From contig NC_043006.1 of the NCBI RefSeq assembly GCF_006345805.1, positions 56,358,001 to 56,422,000 of the forward strand: a stretch of 64,000 bases of DNA, given 5' to 3'. The notes under the pieces are model-generated. The model was given only the letters and a program-made list of their open reading frames with translations. It was not told where the DNA came from and did not search any database. The stretch comes from Octopus sinensis (Eukaryota). Of this stretch, positions 38,602 to 52,021 are shown piece by piece (position 1 is the stretch's first letter; every line of letters begins with the position of its first letter). Position numbers and translations under genes: made by a program.

Positions 38602-39120
38602 TTATCTTTATTGCAGGTTTTGTTGTAGCTCCTGGAGTCATGCATGCGTAGCGAGCTTACTACCTGCAGCCTATGTTACCATGCTATTCTTTCTTTTCAC
38701 CTATCTATTACTTTCCTGATTATTCTGGCCGTACCAAGGAGGCAAACTTTTTGTAACAGTTCTACTGGGCACTCTATTCCAAATTCTTTTATATTTCTCT
38801 TGATGCCCTCTGATACTGTTCCCAAGAACCCAACAGTAATTGGCACTATTCCACCGTCTTCATTTTCCATAACCGGGCTGTTTCATACTTAAGTGGGTTG
38901 TATCGATCTATCTTTTCGCCTTCCTTCTTGACAATTCGTCGGTCAAAGGGGTATGCAACATCAACTATATATTATATGTGTGGTGCCCGTTGTCCGCCAC
39001 CACTAAGTCCGGTCTGTTATGCTCTAGCACCTGATCTTTTGGGATTGGGAATCCCAGAGGATTTTGCTAGTCTCCGACTCTGCCACTCTCTGTAGTTTGT
39101 ACTCATATCACGTCTTGGTT
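38601..39120 (-). mobile_element. Dong/R4 LINE 3' end (REL endonuclease) followed by (TAA)n
   Basis: KILWD..HNRPDLVV..IVDVAYPFDRRIVKKEGEKIDRYNPLKYETARLW..VPITVGFLG..LQKVCLLGTARIIRKVIDR*; abuts (TTA)n at 38541-38600. Confidence 0.9.
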
Positions 39121-39322
39121 AACACTGGACCCACTTTCCGCACACTTTGTTATTATTTTACTTTGCAGAGCTCTCGGTCTTTCTTGCTCTGGTTGATTCT
39201 GCGAGAACGGACAACAACCTGTTGTCAGAGGTCTCACAGAGTCTCTTTCTACAAATGTTGTAAAGCGATCTTTTGCTACTGTTACATCTGTCTTTTGACG
39301 ACAGTTTCGCTCTGACAAATAT

Positions 39323-41660
39323 TGTTATATTCCGAAGTCGTCGATAGAATATTTCTATCTAGCACTATTCGACCTTCAGCCATATAGTGTTATCATCCTC
39401 AAAAGGTTGGATCGTTATAACGTCCACTCAATATCACATTATAATTATTATATCAGCAAAGACACGACTATCAACACAGTCTACGCGTATCTGCGACCTT
39501 CCTGACCCTTTTTTCCTGTCGATCGGCTACTGGTCTATTTATAATGGCTGGCTACTATCCCTTTTCACCGAGAGGAGTGTACAGTTTCAATATACAACAT
39601 CACTCTTTTTTATTTATTTTTTTTATTTTGCAATCAACTTCTTTTATTCAAACTACCTCCTTTGTTTTATATACACTCAATATATTTACGTCTTAGGACC
39701 TGCTTTTAGGAACTCAGTGTTCTCTTTTTTTCCCTTTACGTGTCATATAGCTAATCCATTGGTATTTCTACTCTTGTTGGTTCCTTTCCTTAAGCTGATT
39801 TCTATGTCTCCTTTCCATTCCATTTTTGCTTCTTACACCATACATCATTCTTCCTATGTATATAACAATTTCTCCTTCTTCCCAGTATTGCTTGCTATTT
39901 TTGTACATCCTTACATATACCTTATCACCGATTCTAAAGAACTCTGGCATGTCTTTTACGAGCTTATATTTATTCTTCACTGGTAACATTTTATCGAATA
40001 CTGACTTCACCTTTCTGGCAGACATCAATTCTGCTGATGAACTTCCTTCTGGCGCATTTAGGTTCAGAGTTACCCTGTATACCCTTAAGAATTGTTGGAT
40101 CGCGACCTCGTCCTGTTTCCTTATTAGCTTTCTCGTGTAAGAAGTTTATTACTGTATATGAGGTTGGTCGTTTACACCTCACGGCCTCAGCTATTTTGTG
40201 TAGTTGTCCACTACTATTAAGTAATAATATCCATTTACCGTACCTGCAAAATCCATATGCAATCGGGACCATAGTATTTTAACTTCTGGCTAAGGCTCCC
40301 ATTTTGTAGTAGATAGTTTTGCTGCCAGCACACATCCTCTGCAGCCTTTTACAAGGTTTTCAACTTCCTTCTTCATGCTTGGCCAGTATACGAAACTTCG
40401 CACCAGCGTTTATTCTAAAAGTGCCTGGATGTCCCCACATGGAACTCTTGAAATGTCTGTGGTATGACCACCCTCTGACCCTACATTAGTACACCATCAC
40501 ATATGGAGTACACGTTCATATCTTGGCAGTTCTTTGCATCAGACCTTTGATTATTTAAATTTTGTCGACTAGTTTTCTTTGTCTCATTAATAAATTTGTC
40601 ATTTCTCGCGTTTCTTATAATTTCTTCTATTGGTAGTTCACGCACGATGTTCCACATCACATTTTTTTTTTTGTTTCAGTTCATCAACCTCGTTCAGTCG
40701 TTTGACTGCTCCGTTTACGCTATTGTACAAAACGGTTATGGGTGTATCCCATACATTAAATTTCCTCATATATTCGGTTCCAAATGAATTCCTGGATTTT
40801 TCTAACACATAAATATTCACTTTTTTCTTTCGAACTTTGAGCATTGTATTACAAATGCCTTCTCCCGTGAAATATAATTTCCTTCCTGTAACACCGTACA
40901 ATATTTTGTTTCAAATACATAAATTTTGGTTTACCCATTTGTTTCCATGTTTTCTTCCTTTATGATTGTGATATCACTTCCCGTGTCCAACTGCATTCTG
41001 ACACCAGCGTTTTCAGTTCTCACATACACAGCTCTTCTGTTTGTTGTAGTCACTACTTTTCCTACTGACAAACTATTTATATATTTTTGTTTTGTTTGTT
41101 CCATTTTCCTATCATTCTAGTTTAGCAGTGCGATTTTATATGACCTGTAAACCTGCATCGAAAACACTTTGCTTTTTTATACAGACAATATCTTTTCAGG
41201 TGCATCGCACCACATGCCATGCATGTGTATACATACCGATATTTTTTCTGTTTTTTCCTGCAACTCTTTATTTGTCTTCCATCATTTTTGCACTGGTATT
41301 ATATGGAAAAACTCTTTCCGTTGAATTTATTCCGTGCCATGCCTTAATTTTAATATCCTGTCACACTCCTCTAAGAGTTTCTACAATGCAAAAACCCGAT
41401 TCATTTCAAGTTTTGATAAAATATTCTTTCGGAGTTTTGCATCCCTTCTATCTGTCAATCCATGCGCAAAATTCAAACACTTGAAAGAATCTGAAGTAAG
41501 CATATCTAGCCTCAATCTCTCACATTCTTTGTTGACTCTGCTTGTGTAAGTAGTGAAGTCTTCATCCTCGCTCTCTTCTATATTTAATCATTTCATTCTA
41601 GTATTAAACAGTGAGCACTTTTCACTAAACATTTTGCACAAAATGTCAACTGTGTCGGTG
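39323..41660 (-). mobile_element. Ty3/Gypsy LTR retrotransposon, decayed and internally deleted
   Basis: Gag-like region ~41300-41650, protease MQLDTGSDITII (~40965-41000), integrase GHPG..RSFVYWPSMKKEVENLVKGCRGC and C-terminus FRIGDKVYVR...RRHRNQLK; possible 3' LTR 39323-39599; no RT/RNase H motifs seen. Confidence 0.85.
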
Positions 41661-41898
41661 AAATTTATGTCGGACGCATTTTTTTTATTTTGTATTTTTA
41701 TTTTCATTTTTTTGACAATATGATGTTGCTAACCTTCTCATACTCTGATACTGTTAGTATCAATCCTTACATTCCTTTTCGAAAATTTATTGAAATCTTC
41801 GAAAGTAAGCCTCGAAGGTTACTACTTCTTCGGGGTCATATATTTAGTCATCCTTATGTGGGTTCGGAGGTTATATATATATATATAATATATATATA

Positions 41899-41943
<45 letters not shown>

Positions 41944-41982
41944 ATATATGTGTGTGTATGTATGTATGTATGTATCTATATA

Positions 41983-42221
41983 ATCGGTTGGTGCGTAATT
42001 ATTGCAGATTTTTTCAACAAATTTTATTCAACAAAAACAATAACAACATGTAACAAAAACTGATTATTCTGGAGCATTTTCACCATCAATTTTAATTACT
42101 GCTTCCCATTTGCTTGGCAGACGGTCAGACCGTCATTTAAAGATATTTTTGTTAAATATTGTTATTGTTTTTGTTGAAGAAAATTTGAAAAAAAGGCCAC
42201 AATAATTATGTACCAAACCAA
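41983..42221. mobile_element. mariner-derived MITE
   Basis: ~65-bp degenerate TIRs (GGTTGGTGCGTAATTATTG / CAATAATTATGTACCAAACC), TA flanks, internal minus-strand RLPSKWEAVIKIDGENAPE* resembling a mariner transposase C-terminus. Confidence 0.8.
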
Positions 42222-42342
42222 TATTTATAATAAGTACAAGGCTTATAAAGAATTAGTCCTGGGGTCGATTTGCTCGACTAAAGGCGGTGGTTCAGCATAG
42301 CTGCAGTCCAATGACTGAAATAAGTAAAAGAATAAAAGAAAA

Positions 42343-42403
<61 letters not shown>

Positions 42404-42485
42404 CATTTGGTAAAGCTATCGAATATAGCGCCGATGACGGAAATCAAACTACTTTTCTATGTTTGTGATCCAGAAACATGTTCGT

Positions 42486-42519
<34 letters not shown>

Positions 42520-42532
42520 CATAGGTATATAT

Positions 42533-42569
<37 letters not shown>

Positions 42570-43366
42570 ACTGAAGATGATTCACAGAGAGAGAGACTAT
42601 GGAACGGGATGTACAGAAGGAAATTAAGAGAAATAGAGAGTGGGGGGTCAGAAATATATGTACCTGTGTGTATATCTCACTGCGTGGATCTGCATGCCCT
42701 TGCGTGTTTGTGAAGGTAGGTAAGCTTCTGAACTACAATTCATATTCGTGTGTGTTTCCATGTGTATATTTGTGTTTGAGTGAATGTGTCCGTTTTTTTT
42801 TTTTTTCAGTTCTATTCGCGCTATTAGATTTGTCTTTTCCCTTTTTTGTTTTATACATGTGCGTGTATGACTGTACTCATGGCGTTGTGTATATTTACGA
42901 GGCTGTATGTATACCTTAATGCATATGCATGTGCAAGTGTGTATATCAGAGTGAATGATGGGCGCATGCGTATTCGTGTGAGTGTGCGTGTGTTTGAGCA
43001 AGTTCGTTCGTGCCTCTGTGTGTGTGTGTGTATGTATGTTTGTATGTGTATACACATACAACATGTGTGCGCGCGGAAATGTATTTTTGTGTTTGTGTGC
43101 GTGGTCGCACGCGTGCGCGTGCGCATGTGTGTCTATGTGTGTGTGTCGTATATGCAAGTGTGTATGTATGTGTATAGAAGTGTTTATATATGTGTGTATA
43201 TATTCCTTTTCTCTGTGGAAGAGCATGACGGGGCGTTTCTAGATATGCGAATTTGTAGGCGTTTCTGTACATACATACGTTCATACATACATATATACAT
43301 ACATACATACATACTTAATTACATACATGCGTACATATATATGTATACATGCACACACGCATACAT

Positions 43367-43398
<32 letters not shown>

Positions 43399-44734
43399 GC
43401 ACATGTACAGGTGTGTTTGTATCCATTTTTATTTCATAAAAACACATTATAAAATAATGTATATATATGTGTGTGTGTGTATGTTTGTATAATGTCTATA
43501 TATATGAGTATGTGTGTGTGTTTGTGTATGTGTGTAAGTACATGTTCATATTTGTGCATTCATGCATCTGTGTTTATGTATGTATGTGTGTGTGTGTGTG
43601 TGTGTTTGTGTGTGTGTGTGCGTGTATATAGAGTACTATACAATTGAGTTCCCATCTCTTTCACTATGACCATTGTGGACAGGTAGTGGAAATAACAGCA
43701 ATTACATCCTATTTAAGGGGGAACAAGAATAGTTACTGCCATCATTTCACACACACACACACACACTCACGCGTGCAGCCACGCACACAAACACAAAATT
43801 ACACTTCCGCGTGCACACATGTTGCATGGGTATACACATGCCAAAGTCCTCAAGTTCCATTTCATTCAAAAAAATTTTTGCTGAAATGTTCTCGAGTGTC
43901 GTTTTGAATGTTATTTGCTACCACCATTGCCGTTTATTTTATATTTTTATCCACATCTCTTTAAATACACAAATTTCTGTTGGAATTCGAAATATCAACG
44001 GCTTCATTTCAACAAGTGACATTCAATCTAACTATCCGACATTCAATATATTTTTTTTTTTTATCAATGAACAAAGTCCAATAGCCAAATTCATATTTTT
44101 TTGCTCACTTTACGTCTTTTGGATTTTCGTTTTGTTTACTATTTCTCCACCCAACCTCTCTCGATATTATTTATTTTGCAATCGTGTTTTATTGAATATT
44201 GTTTATATTGTTTATATTACTGTATTTATTTACAACTCTGCACGTTATGAGTTCAAAATGCACTGATATCAGCTTTACCTTTTAGCTATTTGTGAACGGT
44301 AAAATTAATTCATGTTTTAGGGTCGATATTATCAGCTGTGTCTTGGCCTCCCACGCGCTTGCAACTCCTTGATGGTTTCATAAGGCCACTTTCATAACAT
44401 ATTGCGTGTCCGAGACATTTTTTAAGACCAGATGGAGCCCATTCCTCTCCAGATCTGAATAGGTTCTTTTTGTTCCGGAAAGTTGGAGACATGCAGACAG
44501 AATGAAAAAAAATTTAATATGAAGAATCGATCCCTGTACAAGACAGGTAATTTTTTTATCTGTACCCAAAGGATAAAATGTATAGTTGATCAGGATGAGA
44601 TTTGAGATCAGAAATCTTGACCATTTATCGCAAAGTGATCTATCCCATTTCCTAACGACTCTGCTAATTGACCGTCTAATTATTGATTATACCCAGACCA
44701 AAACCTGAGGTGTTTTGATATTTTTTTTTATATT

Positions 44735-45880
44735 TCAAATTTTAGCACAAGGCGGACAAGCCCGGGGGAGTGGAGTAATACATCTACTCCAGTGTTCAGT
44801 CGGTACTTATTTTTATTGACCCCGAAGGAATGAAAGGGAAAGTGATTCCGGTTACTTTTGAACTCAGAAAGTAAAGTCGAGAGAAATGGTTGCCGGCATT
44901 TCGTCCGGCGTGCAAACGATTTTACCAGCTCTTAATATAGATAGCAAATTTTGACACAAGGCCAACAGTTGTGGTGGAGTGTACATAGTCGATTATATCG
45001 ATCCCAGTACCCAACTGGTATTTATCTTATCGATCCCGAAAGGATGAAAGGCAAGGTCGACCTCGATAGAATTTGAACTTGGACGTAAGAATGGACAAAA
45101 TACCTATTTCTTTACTACCCACAAGGGGCTAAACACAGAGAGGACAAACAAGGACAGACAAACGGATTAAGTCGATTATATCGACCCCAGTGCGTAACTG
45201 GTACTTATTTAATCGATCCCGAAAGGATGAAAGGCAAAGTCGACCTCGGCGGAATTTGAACTCAGAACGTAGCGTAGCGGTAGACGAAATACCGCTGAGC
45301 ATTTTGCCCGGCGTGCTAACGATTCTACCAGCTCTCAGGATTCTACCAGCTCCCACGGGGCCTGAAATTTTGGAGGATGGGAATAGTCAATCATATCGAC
45401 CCCAGTGCTCAAGTGGTACTTATTTTATCGACCCCGAAAGGATAGAAGGTAATACCGAGCTCGACGGATTTTGAACGTAGAGCGTAAAGACGGACGAAAT
45501 GCCACTAAGCATTTCGCCCGGCATGTTAACGGTTCTGCCAGTTCGCCATTTTTATTAATATTAATACTAATACGAAGGCAGGGAGTTGATATAATCTTCG
45601 AGTTGGCGAGTTGAGCACTGTGGGCGATGTAATCAACTTATCCCCACCCCCGAAATTGCTAGCCTTGTGCAAAAAGTTGAAACCAATTCTAATATTGACT
45701 GAATCCCTACCACGCTGAAGAAAAGGCTTAGCAGCATTCCGTTCCTTCTTACGTTTTGAGTTCAAATTCCACCAGGATCAACTTTACCTTTCATCCTTTC
45801 GTGGTCGATAAAATAAGTGGTGTCTATGTAATTGACTCACCCCAGTCCCTGAAATTGCTCATATTGAGCCAAAATATCAA
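44735..45880. mobile_element. Cluster of about six family-B SINEs (four minus, two plus)
   Basis: CCCGAAAGGATGAAAGGCAAAGTCGACCTCG variants at ~44820, 45035, 45218, 45433; plus-strand copies at ~45595 and ~45725. Confidence 0.85.
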
Positions 45881-46149
45881 ACTAATATTAATACAAATCC
45901 TCTCTCATTTCACTGTAAGAGAGGTGCTTAGCGTTTTGCCTGTCCAAAGCATTTTCATGAATTTCTCATTAAAGTCCATTCTTTATTTCAGATTTTTAGT
46001 TATTCCTTGTTTCATACGTTCTGAGTGATATAAAACTTTCCTTTCTTAAGTCTCAAGTTACGCTGATGGTTGAAATTATCGTGAATGTGTATCATATATT
46101 ATGCATCGACGTCGGGGGAATATGTCCAGTGTATGGGATGTGATACTCA

Positions 46150-47000
46150 GGACAGGTAAAGGTAAGATATGGTTTTAGATTTTATGGTGAAAGGAACTAG
46201 AGCACAATTTCGAACAGGAAAGCTAGTCTCATTCATAACTATAACAAGTAAGAATGCCTTAAATAGGAATAAGAACATCGTGTCCGTGACCGTTTTGTTT
46301 CCTACAGGCTGCACCTGAGCTGGTTGCAACATCTTCTCTTTCTCAATTAGTGTACATCTATGTCTTCGAGGAGTATTCAGGACGTCTTAGTCATAGACCT
46401 GCATTGGGCAGGTGTAGTTGCCTTTTATTAGGCACAGCTTTTTGTAGTTCGTTTCTTATGAGACTGCAGTTTTGGATTAAACTTAGACCAAGATGTGAAA
46501 TTTGAGATCTTCAATATTGCCAGATCTTCACAGTCTACTCCCAGTCAGGCAGTGTCGCCAGTTGAAAATGAGCACTTCCATTTTATATGGATTAGTGATA
46601 CACAAGTCGTTCATAATGAACTCCAGGACATTGTTGGAGACGAACTATACTGTGTAATCTGAATTACTTTTAGCCTATGGAAAATAGACAGCTTCCAGAT
46701 ATTCTTGACCATGCAGTACCGAAAGTCAGCTGGCACAAACAGCTTAAGATAAACCTCAGAGACTGTAGCGCCGTCACTCAGCATAGCTGAGATGAACGCA
46801 GAGCAACAAACTATTTTCACCTACTGATTTAATTCTTTGAACCTTGTGCACATGCGGAGTTACAGTGAACTGCTGCTTGTACGTTTAAGATGGGTTTACC
46901 TGTTAATCGAGTCAATTACGAAGATCGTTATACCAACTTTGAGTTTGAATACAGAGTTTTTCATCCTGACACTTGGAAAGAATGGACCGAATCTTGCCGA
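46150..47000 (-). mobile_element. Possible decayed LINE AP-endonuclease fragment (RTE-like)
   Basis: VLEFIMNDLCITNP...NWRH at ~46550-46630 resembles LLEF..NxLxITNT...WRHP; boundaries uncertain. Confidence 0.35.
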
Positions 47001-48478
47001 TTTTCTCTGTAGCTTTTCTCAAGAACAGATCTTAATTGTGAATATTTGATAACTGTTTGCGTAGACTCTCATCAAACAACTATAGATAAATGATCATATT
47101 TATTTATAGTCAGAGTAATCTGGCATCCCCACATTCGACTATCTGCGTTCTGTGTTCAAATCTTGTGGCGGTCATATTTGCCTTTCATCATAACAGAAAG
47201 GATAATATAAATCATAGTTTAGTGCTGGAAAACGGGTCAGAAACCAATAGCTGCAGTTATCGAGGTAATTCCAAAGTTATCTTGAAAACTCTGAGATTGT
47301 TACATTGAAATTTATAGAGAGCTGCAAAATACTTAATTTGTTGTCAACTGGATTTTTCTGAAGCGTTTCAATTTTTTGATTGGTTTAAAGGTAGGTAGAA
47401 CTGAAGGTTAAAGGATCGTATCACTGAACATTTACCTAACATTCGCCTAAAACACACCACAGTACCAGTTGAGTAAAACTTCAACTCACCCCTGCTCACC
47501 ATTTCCCATTTCTCAGTCTGTAGTGTTATTTCAAATCACAGATTCTCTACTTTTCACTGACTAAAAGAATAGTTCTTCATCTTCCACCTCAGTTAATCCA
47601 CACCTCGAGTTTGAATAACGCCCTACCTCATAGCATTCCATTCTCTCATATTCAACACCCTTCTCACAAACCACGTACTCTATTCTAAACATCTATGCTT
47701 TCTCAGAGATTGAACATACTGAAGTGGCATATAGACATAACTATTCAATACACGAGCACATATACAGACATACCGATACACAAACCATCTCATTTTAAAC
47801 CTACATAAACCACTACCAACCTATCATAGTTTTCTCCACAACTTCACTTAATCAAATGAATGTTTTAGGGGAACGGAATGGCGATAGAACATCAGGTTGC
47901 CAAAACCTGTCAACCAAAACTTCAATTATCTAGACCACTGATACCTGCATCTAGCAGTTTTCTGACATATGCAACATACATGGTGCTCTATTAGGTATCG
48001 AGCACCACCTTCCACACGATCATAATCGCCCTCACAGAATTCTCATAAACATACATATGTTCGAACTCAACCTTTCTCACACACACACACACACATACAT
48101 AAATATATGAATACGCAATTTGAAATATTTTTTCTATTCTTAACTTTCGGGCATTTCCAACATTGGTTTTCTATTTGTTCGTTGGAACTGTCCGTCTAAT
48201 ATCAGGCTATATCACTGATAACACCACTTAAGTGTTGTTTTGTCTTAAAGTTCAATGTTTCTTTAACTTTTTTTCTTTCTGCCTTCTCCTGTTTTGACAA
48301 TGTTCACATGTCAGCTGTGGCGATATATCTTCCTTTCCTTCAAAGCATAGCACATTCACTTGCACACATTTGCCCTTATTTTTTTCGTTTTGTTTTCGCT
48401 CTCGAGCCACTGTGTAATATACATACCCAAATACATAAACCTGTATACACACACACATGCATATGTGTGTATGTGTGC

Positions 48479-48536
<58 letters not shown>

Positions 48537-49356
48537 GGGGGTACACACAAAAAATATATATGTTGAATGTATATGTTGATAGGGTTGCATGCTCATGTAC
48601 GCTTCTCTCCTTATTATTTTTCTCTTTTCTTTCTATAGTTTTTGTCATATACATTTAAAACACTATTCATATGCAAATATAATCGTATCCATGGGGACAC
48701 ATACACATACATATACATACAATACTGCCACCCATAAGATGCCATATACATAAACATGCATAATTAAATACGTATATATTCGGTCATACTATCACATATC
48801 ACACACTGTTTTGCCTTCTAATTCTCTATTCATATACAAACCAGTTTTCTATATTCTGTACATATCCATTGCTTCTCTCTTTAAAAGTTCAGTTCGATGG
48901 CATAATCAGCATAAACGGAAAAGTGTGAGTAGCAAAAAAAAAAAAAAAAGTGCGCAACGTAAGGTCAAAACTAGATGCTTGTGGTCTGATGTCTGTCATG
49001 AGTAATTTTTTTTTCTCTTATATTCTACGTTCGAATATTGCCAAAGCCGACATTATTCATCCGGGGTTATTTGAAGAAATATCTGTGAACTACTGAAACC
49101 AATTTAATTCATTTTACCTTGTGTCAAAATATAAGGCTGTGACCTTGTTTCTTATTCATAGTGAGAATGTCAACTGCAAAACTGGTAGAGCACCGTCCAA
49201 AATACTTTCCCGTGTATAGTTATTCGCCTATACATTACGAGTTCTAATCCAACTGTGATCGACTGTGTATTACATTCTTCTTATTGAAAGAATGTATAAA
49301 AATCATATACTGGGTTTATTGAAGCAACTACACCCTCCCCTAATTATTGTACACAA

Positions 49357-50155
49357 TCTATTATATAAAATCCGTTCTGTCTGTCTGTCTTTTAGGATCT
49401 CGGGCATCCTCCATCCGATTGCGCTCAAATTTGATATGTAGATACCGAAGGTATTAGGGTGTATATAAGTCTTGAAAAAATTACAAAAATCGATTCCAGG
49501 TGAGAATGTGATCGATAAAGCCGTGGGAACGTGCATTTGTACGCGCAAGTACATCAGCAGTTGTGATCGATACTACGCGTACGCGAGAAAAATGCATGTG
49601 CAGTTTTCGCAAAAAAAGCCGGCAGGCTTGAAATAATGCCACAAAATGCAGTATATTTAAGAGACCAAAAAAGTAAGATGCAAAAGAGATATTTTCTTCA
49701 AACTTGGCATGAAGGAAAGAAAGACTATTTGGTTTCTCAAGAAGTTTATTTTTGCCTTAACTTCGTTTAACAAAACCAAAAATTTTATTGAAATAAAGGC
49801 ATGTTTAATTATTTTTTAATGAAAAGAAAACACAGATTGCTTTTTATTCAAGGAAGAAAATACTATCTTCTTGCTAATAAATTATTTACCATGTTTCCGT
49901 TCTCCCAGTCAACAGCTTTATCAATACTGGCACTTTAAACTCTTCGGTTGCATATTTATGTGAATAAAATCGTTTTTCTTTGGAATAGAAAAAAGTCTAT
50001 CTTTATTTCTTCTTTTGCTGATGTCTCAAATTTAGGTTAAATCAGTGTTTCTCAAATGGGAGGCCTATAGGACGGTCGGACAAGTTGTTTTGAGAAAATT
50101 TGGTTTAAATGTTTGACAACTCAGCACCGCCCATTGGACGGGGTCATTTTGCTCG
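49357..50155 (+). mobile_element. Non-autonomous Helitron, long copy
   Basis: A|TCTATTATATAAAATCCG... 5' end; 3' hairpin CCGCCCATTGGACGG then CTCG|T; second copy at 62989. Confidence 0.85.
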
Positions 50156-50989
50156 TATAATATAAGAAATGCATTTTCCTACTGGATCTGTATTAGTGGC
50201 TTTCTTCCATTCAGGATCGATAAAATAAATAAATATTTACAGTGGTAGATTACATCAAAGATATCCTCCTACACAAATTTGTAACTTTTATTAGTATGCA
50301 TAAAACTTACATTCATTTACATAGTACTCATCTTAATTCAACTACTTACAACCGAGAAAAATATGCAGTATATAGGAAATATAAACGGAAAAAAAGAATG
50401 TTGAATCTACTTATATATTCACACCACAAGAAATTTAAAACAAAACGAAACTGGAGAAGATTACACGCAAGATACTGTCAGGTAATCAAAGCTTCTGTAG
50501 AAATTGTAGCAAACTTATAAAGAGCAGTTTGTAATAGTTATTGTAACAGGTAAGATTCTGATAGCTGTTCTCTTTTCCATCAGCCAACGTACTTTTGATG
50601 CTTTTGCTATCTAATAAACACTGTGAATTTTAAATGATTTGCTGGGAAGTAGAGACCTGTTCGTTTTTGTTTCTTTTAGTATCTGAGAGTGTTTATTACA
50701 GGCTATAATTCCAATGCACTGCCAATAGAAAAAAAAAGTAGTGAGTGTTGTTTCGAAGTAGAAATAGACAATGATTGCGAACAAGTGTTATGCATGTTTA
50801 GATGGTTAACGCAAATAATTTGCTATACGGAACTCTAGATCCCAATTTTCAAGAAGAGGCAAGTCGAATATTCTGAAATAACAGGTATAATCTTTTTTTC
50901 ACTTTTTTCTTCTTTGTCTAAAAATACTCGAACAGTAATATGCAGACACATGCAGCTATTTATGAGATATACGCACACTCTCTCGATCA

Positions 50990-51046
<57 letters not shown>

Positions 51047-51983
51047 CACCACACACACACACATACATACAAGTACATGCATACAAACAAATATACATAC
51101 ATACTTTATTTGAACGACGCAACTCAAAGCGGTTAAAGCTGGTGTTGGTCTAAAGCAATTCTCTCAATTTTTGTAATCATTCTAGAAACTTTATTCTTAC
51201 TAGAGAGTACTGTACGTTGTTGATGTCATAAGGATTTGGCTATTTCGAGTGTCGTGAAGTAATTCTTGTTTGGATCGATGAAACTCGAAGTAGATAAAGC
51301 TATAAATAATAGCGCATAATTATTGTGCTAAAACCTCTTCAGAAAAAAATGTCGCAGGTTGTCCGTGTGACTCGGAACCCACATTTATAAACAAGACATG
51401 TGTTCTGCCATTGGAACAAAGTAATCCCTTGAATTTCTCCATTAATCTTAGAAAATTTATTATACATAGCTATATCTGGGTGGAGTTTCAGCTTTCTCCG
51501 AACGAATTACTTCACGTCTCTCGAAGTTTCTAAATGTTTATGGTGTCAACTACATACTATTTTTGCTGGCAAAACAGATACAGAAATTTGAAGGATCACT
51601 TCGGTCCAGTGGTCATATTTATAGAATGTGGGTTTGAATCCCCTGGGTATCCTTCGACTTCTATCCAAAAGGTATTCTTTGAACTAAATATTTACACGCT
51701 AAAGTTTGTAGTCTTATCTGCTTCGAGATTCGTTGCTTCAAAAAAAAGGAATTATTTCACGTCTCTCTAAGCTTCTAAATTCTTACCAGCAGAAAAACGG
51801 ACCTTAAATGAATGAGATGATGATGATGATGATGATGAATATATATATATATAATGGCGGTGCCCCAGCATGGCCACAGCTTGTGAGCTGAAACTAAATG
51901 AAATAAAAATATTTTTTTTAAATATACACACACACAAATATATATGTACATACATATATACACATACATATACATATGTAACA

Positions 51984-52019
<36 letters not shown>

Positions 52020-52021
<2 letters not shown>

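Noticed and set aside
47450-48060. Possible Penelope RT relic on plus strand
   Set aside because: Only a weak NGMAI resemblance to the GxAMG motif; too decayed to call.
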